Positions 19,944 through 31,126 of a DNA stretch of 32,000 nucleotides are shown piece after piece. Each line of letters starts with the position of its first letter. Position 1 is the stretch's first letter. Source of the stretch: Mycoplasmoides pneumoniae FH (GTDB lineage: Bacteria > Bacillota_I > Bacilli_A > Mycoplasmatales > Mycoplasmoidaceae); the NCBI RefSeq assembly GCF_001272835.1, contig NZ_CP010546.1, positions 272,809 to 304,808 of the forward strand, in the 5' to 3' direction. The position numbers and the translations under genes were made by a program. The notes under the pieces are model-generated. The model made no database searches, was not told the DNA's origin, and saw nothing but the letters and a program-made list of their open reading frames with translations.

Positions 19944-22124
19944 ATGAAAGTATTAACTGATTTACAAAAGCGAATCTTCGCGATTGTGAAAAAAGAGAAC
20001 GGCAAACCTATTCCTCCGGGAATAGTTGTCAGGATGATGGAGAATCAAGCTGGTTTTCCGGGAAAGCAACAGGTATACAGAGCAATTGATGACTTGTTAG
20101 AATGACACATTTTTCGCAAGTCGGGTGGTGCTACAAACCAGCTGTTAATTAACTATGAACTAGCTGATCCGGTATTGGATCAAAAGTTTCAGGGCATTCT
20201 CAATTTAGGTAACAAGAACACTGGTTTTGTCCGTCCCTTAGATGATGACAAAACGGTGTACTATATCCATTTTTCCAACCTAGCGGGAGCACTGGATGGT
20301 GATCTAGTTGAATTCTGTCCGCTCGACAAACCACAGGTAGGTGATAAGTTTGATGCTGCAGTGCTCAAAATTGTGAAGCGCTCCCGGGTGCTGTACGCTG
20401 GTAACTTTTTGATTGAGTACTCCGATTTTGGTCAGGAGTTTCGCATTGTTGCTGACAATCCTCGTTTTTACCTCACCCCGATTGTCAATAAGGCCTCAGT
20501 TCCAGCTGAACTGGAGAGCAATACTAAGGTCGCTTTTCAAATTGATGAGTATGATCCTGCAAATAACCTGTGTAAAGTCTCCATTCAGCAAATCTTGGGG
20601 AATAACGATGAACCGTTAATTAACCTCAAGGCGATTATGTTAGACCACTCGATTGTCTTTGAAAAGAATGATGTGGTCGAACAACAAGCAGCGAAGTTAC
20701 AGTTTGATGAAAAAGAGCAGAGTAAGCCCTACCGCAAGGACTTAACCGAACTTGCCTTTGTCACGATTGACCCCGCCACTTCCAAGGACTTGGATGATGC
20801 GATTTACGTCAAGCGCACCGACAAAGGTTTTGTTTTGTATGTTGCCATTGCTGATGTGGCTTACTATGTGCAGCGCAACAGTGAACTTGACATTGAAGCC
20901 CGTCATAAAACAAGCTCAATTTACCTCCCGGGATACTATGTGGTACCGATGTTACCAGAACGTTTATCAAACGAGCTGTGTTCTTTAAACCCAAATGAAA
21001 AGCGGTATGTGGTGGTGTGTGAGTTGAACTTTGATCATGAAGCACGCTTAAACTTTAGTGAAGTGTATCCCGCTACCATTGTCTCCCAACGTCGCTTTGC
21101 TTACAGTGAAGTTAATGATTGACTGGAAGACAGTGATGCTCTAAAGGATGAAAGTGCAACAGTACTAGAGAGCTTAAAGGCTGGTTTTACCTTGAGCGAA
21201 TTGATTGCTGAACAGCGCAAAAAGAAGGGGACTATTGACCTATCTCACAGTGAAACAGAAGTAGTCGTTGATCAAAACTACTACCCGATTGAGATCCGTT
21301 TTCTCACCCACGGCAAGGCGGAAACAATGATCGAAAACCTAATGGTGGTTGCCAATGAAGCGGTGGCTTGAACACTTACAAACCACAAAGTTCACTTACC
21401 TTACCGGGTGCATCCCCGACCAAGCAAAAAGAAGTTACAAATGTTGTTGGAAAACATTGTCGAGCTCAAAATTACCCAACCAAACTTTGTACTCGATACG
21501 GTCACTTCCACCCAAATTGCGGCTTGGTTAAAGGAAAATAAGGACAACCCGAGCTATGACATCTTTGTCATCTTGTTATTAAGAACGCTAGGTAAAGCCT
21601 TTTACATTGTTAATCCACTGATACACTTTAGCATTGGTTCACACCACTATACCCATTTCACTTCGCCCATCCGTCGCTATGCTGATTTAACGGTACACCG
21701 TTTGTTGTGGATGAATCTGTTTACTCCAGAGCGTTTTACTGACACTGAGCGTGAACAGCTCAACGCCGAGCTAGAACAAATTTGTGAAACCATTAACGAT
21801 ACTGAGATTAAGATTAATGGTTGTGAACGGACTGCCAACGATTACTTAACTACGCTGTATTTGTCTAAACAAGTGGGACAAACTTTCCACGGTTTTATTT
21901 CCGCTATTACTAGTTTTGGCATCTTTATGCGAATGGATGAAAACAACTTTGATGGACTTATTAAGATTACCTCCATTCCCGAAGACTTCTTTGTCTTTGA
22001 AAAGGATCGGATGGTGTTGCGCGGCAAACGCACCAACAAGGTTTTTAGAATTGGTGATAGGTTAACCGCGAAACTGACTGAAATTGATACAGTGCAGAAA
22101 CGCGCCATTCTAACCCTGGTTTAA
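19944..22124 (+). CDS. rnr: Ribonuclease R
   Basis: ATG 19944 to TAA 22122-22124 after reading three TGA as Trp (20100, 21120, 21369); 726 aa. RNB motif DPATSKDLDDAIYV, HFTSPIRRYADLTVHR, C-terminal S1 domain. Confidence 0.95.
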
Positions 22125-22732
22125 TGATGACAGTGGAAGTCTTTTCGGTTATTATCCTTGTCCTTTTATTCTTAATCTTAGCGCTTACCTTGTTGTTTGT
22201 TTTACTCAACAAGCGTACTAGAAGCTTTGTTATTCGTACCTTTACTGGATTATTTAGATCAAAGCATACTACCAGTCAAAAGAACTTTTATGACAACTTG
22301 ACCTCAACCTTACTGAGGTTATCAACTGATAAGATTGGTGCCATTATTGCCATTGAAAACCAGGACTCACTCGAGTCTTACGTCAATATTGGCTACCGCG
22401 TGACTTCGGACTTTTCCCCCGAGTTGTTAGTAACGATCTTTTACAACAAGCAGTCGCCACTTCACGATGGAGCGGTAATTGTGCGGGACTACCAGATTGT
22501 GAGTGTGTCCTCTTACTTCCCAATGACACGGCAACTAATTGATGTGTCATACGGTTCCAGACACCGCAGCGCGTTAGGTCTAACCGAAAAGTGTGATGCC
22601 ATAGTCTTTATTGTTAGTGAAACAACAGGCAAAATTTCGGTGGCTGTGCGCGGCGTGATTAAAACACTGTCGAGTAACTCCGACCGTTTACAAGACCAGA
22701 TTATTCACTATCTGACGGTAAAGCCGGGTTAA
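22124..22732 (+). CDS. cdaM: Membrane-anchored diadenylate cyclase, CdaM type
   Basis: Single N-terminal TM, then DAC-domain motifs SPLHDGAVIV and SYGSRHRSALGLTEKCDAIVFIVSETTGKISVAVRG; 202 aa. Confidence 0.9.
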   Translation: MMTVEVFSVIILVLLFLILALTLLFVLLNKRTRSFVIRTFTGLFRSKHTTSQKNFYDNLTSTLLRLSTDKIGAIIAIENQDSLESYVNIGYRVTSDFSPELLVTIFYNKQSPLHDGAVIVRDYQIVSVSSYFPMTRQLIDVSYGSRHRSALGLTEKCDAIVFIVSETTGKISVAVRGVIKTLSSNSDRLQDQIIHYLTVKPG

Positions 22733-23282
22733 TTACCTTCCACTCTTTATTTGTAAACAAAGGGTTTAGCGGATTAATGCGGTGGTAGTAAAACCGCCCT
22801 TGCAAATGATCGAATTCGTGTTGCAAGCACATCCCAAATAAACCAGTAGCAGTAATGGTGATCTCTTTTTGTTGGAGTCAATCAAAACCAGTGATCGTAA
22901 TCCATTCGTGGCGAATAACATAACCCTGGTGCATTTTGGGAACACTCAAACAACCCTCACCGCTCTTTAAAAAGGATTTGTTGGCACTTAAGTTGATAAT
23001 CTTGGGATTAATTAACAGACACTTGTGTTCCACCCCACCATCCATTAGGTGGATGTAGAACATTTGCTTTCAATAACCAATTTGGTTAGCGGCAATCCCA
23101 ATGCCGGGAATAATGCCATACTTCTCAGCATCACCGTTGTAAGATGCATCAACGTAAGCCATCATTTTGGCAATGCAATCGAGACTCGCTTGGTCTAAGG
23201 GAAACTGAACTGGTTTAGTCGGTTCGTTAATTTCCTTAACATCGTCCAGCACTAGTCATGCTTTAGTTGGCAATAATTCCAT
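22701..23282 (-). CDS. def: Peptide deformylase
   Basis: Minus-strand frame with TGA(Trp): MELLPTKAWLVLDDVKEINEP...GIIPGIGIAANQIGYW...SGEGCLSVP...CLQHEFDHLQG...PSDSE*. An alternative in-frame ATG at 23351 would give 216 aa. Confidence 0.93.
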
Positions 23283-23322
23283 ATTAATTTGCGGTAAAAT
23301 TAAAATTATTCTAAATATTGAA

Positions 23323-23892
23323 ATGGTCGATACAGGGAGAATTTTTGTCATTACCGGACCGAGCGGTGTTGGCAAAAGTAGCCTTGTTAGATGTTTAATT
23401 GACCATTTCAAAGATAAACTGCGCTACAGCATTTCCGCTACCACCCGTAAAATGCGTAACAGCGAAACTGAGGGTGTGGATTACTTCTTTAAAGATAAAG
23501 CGGAGTTTGAAAAACTGATTGCTGCTGATGCCTTTGTGGAGTGAGCGATGTATAACGATAACTACTATGGTACCCTTAAATCCCAAGCTGAACAAATTAT
23601 TCACAACGGTGGCAACTTGGTGTTAGAAATTGAATATCAAGGTGCTTTACAAGTTAAGCAAAAGTATCCCAATGATGTGGTGCTAATTTTTATTAAACCA
23701 CCTTCAATGGAAGAGTTGTTAGTGCGCTTAAAGAAGCGTAATGACGAGGATGCAATAACAATTCAAAACCGATTGAAACAAGCTGAGAAGGAATGTCAAC
23801 AAATTGGTCACTTTAAGTATGTGGTTACCAACAACGAGTTTGACAAGACCTTAGCGGAGTTACAAGCAATTTTACTAGCTGAATTTAATTAA
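23323..23892 (+). CDS. gmk: Guanylate kinase
   Basis: MVDTGRIFVITGPSGVGKSSLVRCL...YSISATTRKMRNSETEGVDYFF; TGA(Trp) 23542-23544; 189 aa. Confidence 0.95.
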
Positions 23893-24671
23893 TGGACAGC
23901 ACCAACCAAAACCTGTTCGCGTCATTGTCCAAAAAAGGACCCGTTCGCAAAGAAAATCAGGACTTTAGTGTTGTTACTTTCAACCGCTTTGGTCAGTTAA
24001 TGAGCCTTGTTTGTGATGGTTTAGGCGGTTATAAGGGCGGTAAGATGGCTAGTGCCTTGGTGAGTGAAGTTTTTACCAAGTCCTTTACAGTCTTTGATTT
24101 TCATAGTCAAACTGAAAGGGCAGTGAAACAGTGGTTTGAAATTACTTTAATTGAAGCGCGGCGCACCTTAGAACAGTACTTTCAAACAATTAAACGTAAC
24201 CAAGTCCAGTTTGCGCGAATGGCGACTACCTTAGTGTTGAGTATTATAAGTAAGCAAAACATTTGAACCTTTTGGGTGGGTGATTCACGTGCTTATTTAA
24301 TTAACAGTTACCAAAGCTTGCAAATTACCGAAGACCATAACCTGTACAACCAACTGTTACAGATGCACGCTACCCCTGATGTGATTGCCTCTTATAAAGA
24401 CAAGCTGTTAGCCCTCACTGCTACCGTTTCCAAAGATCAGGAACGCCAGTTGAAATACAGCTTTAGGTGTGATGTAGTAAACGCTTGGGACTTTTTACTG
24501 TTGTGCTCTGATGGTCTGTACAACTTCTTGGATCCCAACTGCTTTTATGAGGTCATTACTAGTGCACCTAACCTCAAAAAGGCCGTTACACAACTAGCAA
24601 AGTTGAGCTTGGATAACGCTAGTAATGACAACATTACGCTCAACTTGATTAATTTAAAACAATGGCACTAA
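23892..24671 (+). CDS. prpC: PP2C-type protein phosphatase
   Basis: KGPVRKENQDFSVV, LVCDGLGGYKGG, VGDSRAYLI, ASNDNITLNLI; TGA(Trp) 24264-24266; 259 aa. Confidence 0.92.
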
Positions 24672-25828
24672 ATTTAAAGATTGGTGACATTGTCCAAAAC
24701 AAGTACCGGATTGAAAAGCTAATCAACCGTGGCGGGATGAACTCTTACCTGTTTTTAGCGAGCAACCTCCACGTCCAGGAATTTGGTCCACTGCAAAAGC
24801 GCCAGTTTACCCGGTTGGTGTTAAAGGTAGTACAACGCACCGACAAGATTAACGACAACAACTGGAAGAAGTTTTTGGATGAAACCATTACCACGACACG
24901 GGTGTCACACAAAAATCTGGTGCAAACCTTTGATGTAGTTAGCCCCCGTTTAAGCGTTTTGAGTGAAAACCAGGTGATCGTTTTAGAGGACACGGTGATG
25001 ATTGTAATGGAGTATGTTGATGGTCCTTCTTTGCGTGAAATGCTCAACCAGAAGGGTTACTTTAGTGTGCAGGAGGTGGTGTACTACTTTACAAAGCTAG
25101 TCAAAGTAATTAACTACCTCCACAGTTTTGAACACCAAATTATTCACCGTGATCTAAAGCCAGAAAACATCCTGTTTACGAGTAACTTGACTGACATTAA
25201 ACTGCTTGACTTTGGCATTGCTTCCGCTGTTATTCGTAACGCTGAGAAAACTGAAGTGTTAACGGACGAAAACTCGTTGTTTGGTACAGTTAGTTATATG
25301 ACACCCGAAGTGTTGGAAAGTACTGTCAACAAAGAAGGCAAACGGATTCGTAAACCCCCTACAGTTCAGTATGACATCTATTCATTAGGAGTTATTTTGT
25401 TTGAAATGTTAGTCGGACGCGTACCGTTCAATAAATCGATTGATCCTAAAAAAGAACGGGAAACCATCCAAAAGGCGCGTAACTTTGATGTACCTTTAAT
25501 GGGAAACTTGCGCAGTGATGTTCCGGTTAGTTTGGAAAACATTGTCTTTAAATGTACGGCTGTTAAACGTGAAAACAGTAAGTGGATGTATAGTGACACG
25601 AAGCAACTCTTGGCTGATTTGGCGCAATGACAAACCGAGCAAACCTTAATTAAACCAGTGCACGAACGTATTCTAGAAGGACAAAACGAAATGCGTGAAC
25701 TAATGGTAAGTAATTACCTACCGTGGTATTTAAGGAAGGGTGTTTTGATCTTTTTTTCTGTTGTTTTATTAGCACTCTTAATTGCTGTAGTTAGCTTTTT
25801 TATTATTACTGGGGTAGTTGTCCATTCG
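24662..25828 (+). CDS. prkC: Ser/Thr protein kinase (PrkC/PknB-like) with C-terminal TM and no extracellular sensor domain
   Basis: HRDLKPENILF, KLLDFGIAS, SYMTPEVL; TGA(Trp) 25628-25630; TM segment GVLIFFSVVLLALLIAVVSFFIITGVVVHS*; 388 aa. Confidence 0.93.
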
Positions 25829-26654
25829 TAAAACTGGCATAGTATTTCAACGCTTTGGAAAGCAGTTTAAGGTGTTTGTAGAAAACCAAACACTAGTTGC
25901 TTTTGCACAGAAAAAACTACAGTGAAAGCGCGATTTTAAACTGTTAGTTGGGGACAAAGTTACCCTTGAGAATGGTGTCATTGTCGCAGTTGAAGAGCGT
26001 AAAAACACACTGGTGCGCCCAAAGGTAGTTAATGTAGATCAGGTAGTAATAGTCCAATCACTAATTGAACCCAAGATTAACTGACAACAGTTGTTTAAAT
26101 TGTTAATCCATTTTCACGCTCAAAACGTGGCACGGTTAGTGTTAGTCATTACTAAAAACGACCTTGAGTTTGAACCTGCTGAAAAAGCCCGTTTAAGTGA
26201 ACTAACCAGCTTTGGTTACCAACTCTTTTTTACAGCCCCTAATGCTGATTTACCTCTCACTTTATTTACAGAATTGCAAAACCGTTTTAGTGTATTCATG
26301 GGACAATCAGGGGTCGGTAAGTCTAGCCTTATTAACCGTTTGGACAGTCAAATTCACCAAGCGATCCAAGCGCTTTCAGCACACCAGTTCGGTAAAAACA
26401 CCACCACTTCCACGGTGATGTTTCCCTTCCAAAACGGCTTTATTTGTGACACCCCTGGCTTTAATGTAATTGACTTTCCCAACCTCAAACAATTAGCAGC
26501 CCAACACTTTGTCGGTTTTGCTAGCTTAATTGGTCAATGCCATTTTTCCAACTGCACCCATCAAAGCGAAAAAGGTTGTTTTATTGTAAGTGCTGTAACC
26601 CAAAAATCGTATTCCTTGTGACTTTATGAGAGCTATCTAAAGTTGATTAATTAA
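25815..26654 (+). CDS. rsgA: Ribosome small subunit-dependent GTPase A
   Basis: TTG 25815; table-4 frame; OB-fold N-part; permuted GTPase motifs ITKNDL, GQSGVGKSSLINRL, DTPGF; Zn motif CHFSNCTHQSEKGC; TAA 26652-26654. Confidence 0.9.
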
Positions 26655-26675
26655 AATCAACTAAAAAAAGGATTT

Positions 26676-27968
26676 ATGGAAAGTAAATGGTTAACAGTTG
26701 ACACTAAGCACCTCTATGGTTTTGATGAAGCGATTTTTATTCAGAAATACCAAAAAAAAGTTAACCAAATTCACCAACAGTTTTTAAATCAACAACTACC
26801 CGATGGTCACATGAATGGCTGGTATAGTCAACCCGATCAAGACCACAAGGGTTTGCTAAAACAAATTAACACAATTGCCAAACAGTTTAATGCTCTAAAA
26901 GTAACTGACATAGTGTATTTAGGTATTGGTGGTTCTTATACTGGCATTCGTGCCATCTTAGACTTTTTAAAACCAGAACAGAAGGCGAATATCAAAGTGC
27001 ACTTTGTTCCTGACATATCGGCCTTTAACATTGCTGCAGTTGCTAAAGCAATTAAGGGTAAATCATGAGCTTTGGTAGTAACTTCTAAATCTGGTCGCAC
27101 ACTCGAGCCGGCTGTTACCTTTCGGTACTTCCGTAATTTATTGCACAAACAATACAAGCAAAAACATGCTTTACGCACAGTTGTGATTACCGATGCCGTT
27201 AAGGGTTTACTAGTTGGCATGAGTAACCAGTACGGTTATGCACACTTAACTATTCCAAGCAATATTGGTGGGCGTTTTTCAACTCTTTCACCCGCCGGTT
27301 TACTGTTAGCTAAACTTTGTGGTCATGATCCGAAACAGCTCTTATTGGGTACTTTGACAGCCAAACAAGAGTTAGCAAACAGTGATTTAAACACTAATTC
27401 GGCTTATTATTATGCTGCTTTGCGTCACTGACTTTACACGACAAAGAAGCTCAAAATAGAAGTGACGGTAGCATACCACAGTGCTTATGAGTACCTCTTG
27501 TTGCAACACCGCCAACTGTTCGGTGAATCAGAGGGTAAAGGTGGTAAGTCCCTGTTCCCTACCTTTTCGCTATTTACCACTGACTTACACTCAATGGGGC
27601 AGTTGTACCAAGAAGGGGAAAAGAACTTCTTTGAAACAGTGATACAAGTGCAAACACAATTTCACGACTTGGAACTACCACCATCAGACTTTAACAATGA
27701 TGATCAGCTAGATTACTTATTGGCTAAAAGTATGAATGAAATTTCAAACACTGCCCTAGAAGCAGTTGTGGAAGCTCATTTTCAATCAAACGTTAACATC
27801 ATTAAGTTAACGCTCAAAGAAAGAACAACCTTTATGTTTGGTTACTTTTACTTCTGGTTATCAATGGCCACAATGATGAGTGGTTCACTGCTGGGACACA
27901 ACGTCTTTGATCAACCAGGGGTGGAAGTGTACAAGCAGTTAATGTTTGCTAAACTTGGTCGTGAATAG
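26676..27968 (+). CDS. pgi: Glucose-6-phosphate isomerase
   Basis: VYLGIGGSYTGIRAILD, VTSKSGRTLEP, NIGGRFSTLSPAGLL, FDQPGVEVYK; two in-frame TGA(Trp); 430 aa. Confidence 0.95.
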
Positions 27969-28593
27969 GGAAATTGCCTTTTCGCTTTTACCACTGTTAC
28001 ACCAGTTTGACCGCAAGTTGTTAGAACAATTCTTTGCGGACGGCTTGCGCTTAATCCACTATGACGTGATGGACCATTTTGTGGACAACACTGTCTTTCA
28101 AGGGGAACATTTAGATGAATTACAACAAATTGGTTTTCAGGTCAATGTACATTTGATGGTACAAGCATTAGAACAAATCTTGCCAGTATACCTCCACCAT
28201 CAAGCCGTTAAGCGTATTTCCTTTCACGTTGAACCGTTTGATATCCCTACCATCAAACACTTTATTGCGCAAATTAAACAAGCGGGAAAACAAGTCGGTT
28301 TAGCGTTTAAATTCACCACTCCGCTTGTAAATTACGAGCGCTTGGTGCAACAACTGGACTTTGTTACCTTAATGAGTGTCCCCCCAGGAAAGGGCGGGCA
28401 AGCCTTTAACAGTGCTGTTTTTAATAACTTAAAACAAGCCCACAAATACCACTGCTCAATTGAAATCGATGGTGGGATCAAATTAGATAACATTCACCAA
28501 ATCCAGGATGATGTCAATTTTATTGTCATGGGAAGTGGCTTTATAAAATTAGAACGATGGCAGCGCCAACAGCTGCTCAAAACCAATCAATAA
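27961..28593 (+). CDS. rpe: Ribulose-phosphate 3-epimerase
   Basis: HYDVMDHFVDN, LMSVPPGKGGQAFN, SIEIDGGIKLDNI, FIVMGSGFI; GTG 27961 chosen (track start is TTG 27946). Confidence 0.9.
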   Translation: MNREIAFSLLPLLHQFDRKLLEQFFADGLRLIHYDVMDHFVDNTVFQGEHLDELQQIGFQVNVHLMVQALEQILPVYLHHQAVKRISFHVEPFDIPTIKHFIAQIKQAGKQVGLAFKFTTPLVNYERLVQQLDFVTLMSVPPGKGGQAFNSAVFNNLKQAHKYHCSIEIDGGIKLDNIHQIQDDVNFIVMGSGFIKLERWQRQQLLKTNQ

Positions 28594-28599
28594 CTTTAT

Positions 28600-29967
28600 A
28601 TGTCTGCAACTGCTATTAGCGATCTCTTTGAAAAACCAGCCCAATTTAAAAACAAGAAAATTAAGCTAACGGGTTGATTGAAAAACAAACGTACTAGCGC
28701 CAACATTATCTTTTTGGAAGTTAATGATGGATCAACGCTGTTAAACCTACAAGCGGTGGTTAAACAAGACCAACCGGAGTTGTTTGCATTAGCTGAATCA
28801 ATTAGTTTAGCGAGTGCTGTAAGTGTTTCTGGTACTGTAGCGTTAACACCCAAATCCAAACAACCCTTGGAATTAGTAGTCAAACAAATTAATGTATTGA
28901 GTACTGCGCGAGCAGACTATCCACTCCAAAAAAAGGAACACAGCTTGGAGTTTTTCCGCAACAACGCCTATTTGCGCGTACGAGCCCGTACCTACTTTGC
29001 CATCATGAAAGTGCGCAGTCTGTTGTCACAAGCCATTTTTGACTACTTCTTTAAGAATGACTTTGTTTTAGTGCACAGTCCAATTCTTACTAGCAACGAC
29101 TGTGAGGGGGCAGGTGAGACCTTTGAATTAAAGCAAGGTAAGGAATTCTTTAATAAGACTACTTACCTTACTGTCAGTGGTCAGTTTGGTGCGGAGTGTT
29201 ACGCCCAAGCCTTTAAAAAAGTGTTTACCTTCGGGCCGACTTTTCGCGCTGAAAAATCACACACTTCACGGCACCTTAGTGAGTTTTGGATGATTGAACC
29301 AGAAGTTGCTTTTGCCAACCTCAAGGACTTAATTAAGCTAATTGAAAGCACTGTCAAAACCGTGATTAAACAGGTTATGCAAAAAGCCAAGCAGGAACTC
29401 GACTTTTTAGAAAAGCAGTTTGATGTCAAATTAATGGAACGCTTAAAGCAAATTACAAGTACCAAAAACTTCCATGTTTTGGAATACATCAAGGCCTTAG
29501 AGATTTTAAAAACAGCCCAAGCTAGTGGTCAAGCTAACTTTGAGGTACAAGACTTTAACTTCGGTTTAGATCTCAAAACGGAACACGAACGCTTTTTGTG
29601 TGAACAGCATTTTCACAACCAACCGGTGTTTGTAATTAACTACCCCAAGGACCTTAAGGCCTTTTACATGAAGCAAAATGCTGATGGTAGAACTGTTGGT
29701 GCGGTTGACCTTTTATTTCCCCAAATTGGTGAGATCTGTGGTGGGAGTGAACGGGAAGGTAATCTAGAAAAACTAGTGGAACGTTGCCAAGCAATGCAAA
29801 TTGATACCCAAACACTTAACTGGTATTTAGATATGCGTAAATGGGGTTACTTTGCCTCAGCTGGCTTTGGTTTAGGGTTTGATCGTTTACTAGCTTACAT
29901 CTGTGGATTGGAAAACATCCGTGATGCGATCCCCTTTCCCCGTGCCCATGGTTCCATTAACTATTAA
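28600..29967 (+). CDS. asnS: Asparaginyl-tRNA synthetase
   Basis: ATG 28600, TGA(Trp) 28675-28677. Class II motifs TVSGQFGAECYAQAFKKVFTFGPTFRAEKSHTSRHLSEFWMIEPE and GFGLGFDRLLAYICGLENIRDAIPFPR; 455 aa. Confidence 0.95.
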
Positions 29968-30607
29968 AACTTGACAGAAAAAGTTACCTAATTGGTTAAC
30001 CATTTACCGCATTTTTATTGCTGTACCTACCATTATTTTTTTGGGATTAAATCACTTACTTGGTAGTGTTGCTAGTTTTACAGTGTTAGGCAATGTCACC
30101 ATTCACCTACAGGTTAGCCTTTTTATTGGGGGAGTCTTGTTTATTACCGCAGTTATTTCTGATTATTTAGATGGGTATTGAGCGCGGAAGTGAAGGGTTG
30201 TGTCTAACTTCGGTAAGCTGTGAGATCCGTTAGCTGACAAGGTGATTATTAACGGTGTCTTAATTGTCCTAGTAGCATATGGCTACTTTCACTTTAGTTT
30301 TTTAATTGTGATTGTGCTGCGTGATTTAGTGCTAGACGGATTGCGCTTTTACGCTCAGGAAAAACAGCTAATTATTCCCGCCAACCAATGGGGTAAGTGA
30401 AAAACCACTTGACAAATGATAGCAATCTTAATGAGCTGTTTTGTGTTTAGTTTTTCTTTGAAGGAAACCAACAGTGCTAACACAAAAATCTTTTACTGAG
30501 CCATAGTGCATTTGCCCTATTATTTAGCTACAGCCTTCTCCTTGGTCTCGTTTGGTATTTACGCCCAACAAATATATAAAACCATTAAGGTTAAAGTAAA
30601 GTTATAA
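29924..30607 (+). CDS. pgsA: CDP-diacylglycerol--glycerol-3-phosphate 3-phosphatidyltransferase
   Basis: Fragmented by TGA(Trp) and absent from the track. Table-4 translation gives LPNWLTIYRIFIAVPTIIFLGLNHL...[34 protein letters not shown], the CDP-alcohol phosphotransferase motif. Start ATG 29924 (227 aa) or 29948 (219 aa); overlaps the asnS 3' end. Confidence 0.9.
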
Positions 30608-30628
30608 TTTTGGAACTTTCTTATTGTT

Positions 30629-31101
30629 GTGTACGCGCGCTTAATTGCTGAAAAACTGCTAAATCATAAGCTCACCATTGCCACTGCAGAGTCAGTTACT
30701 GGGGGCCTTTTGAGTAGTAGCTTAACCGACATCGCTGGTGCTTCTCGTTTCTTTAAGGGTGCCATTGTGGCATACAGCAATGAATTGAAAAAATCACTTT
30801 TAAATGTCAAACAATCAACCTTAATTAACCACGGTGCTGTTCGCGTTATTGTGTTCGTGAAATGGCGTTAGGTTTAATGCAAAAATTCAATGTTGATATT
30901 GCCGTGGCCTGCAGTGGGTTAGCGGGTCCTGATGCATTGGAAAACCAAGCAGTTGGTAGCTTGTTTTTCTGTGTGATTGTTGCCAACAAGGCTTATGACT
31001 TTGAAACAAAACTACCAGCTGGCTCTAGAAACGAATTGCGCCAGCTTTTTGTGCAAAAAATCTTGCAAACAGTTGAACACATTTTAAGTGAAATTTCTTA
31101 G
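30629..31101 (+). pseudogene. cinA: CinA C-terminal-domain (PncC-like) protein with apparent -1-base frameshift near 30839-30842
   Basis: Frame 2: VYARLIAEKLLNHKLTIATAESVTGGLLSSSLTDIAGASRFFKGAIVAYSNELKKSLL...NHGAV. Homology resumes in frame 1: (S)RYCVREMALGLMQKFNVDIAVACSGLAGPD... to TAG 31099-31101. Confidence 0.8.
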
Positions 31102-31126
31102 GTTAAATAAGGTTTAAGAGAACAAG

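Noticed and set aside
19744-19947. 67-aa plus-strand ORF overlapping secG
   Set aside because: Out-of-frame shadow of secG/rnr start, low-complexity aromatic-rich translation, no independent support.
22733-22877. Apparent non-coding gap between cdaM and def that might hold an sRNA
   Set aside because: It encodes the C-terminal part of def on the minus strand (…LQHEFDHLQGRFYYHRINPLNPLFTNKEWKVINPALPSDSE*), split in the track by a TGA(Trp).
29968-30628. Apparent ORF-free region between asnS and cinA
   Set aside because: It is pgsA, broken up by several TGA(Trp) codons; not an intergenic or novel element.
30839-30845. Programmed -1 frameshift site in cinA
   Set aside because: No X-XXY-YYZ slippery heptamer and no obvious downstream stem-loop or pseudoknot; mutation or sequencing error is more likely.
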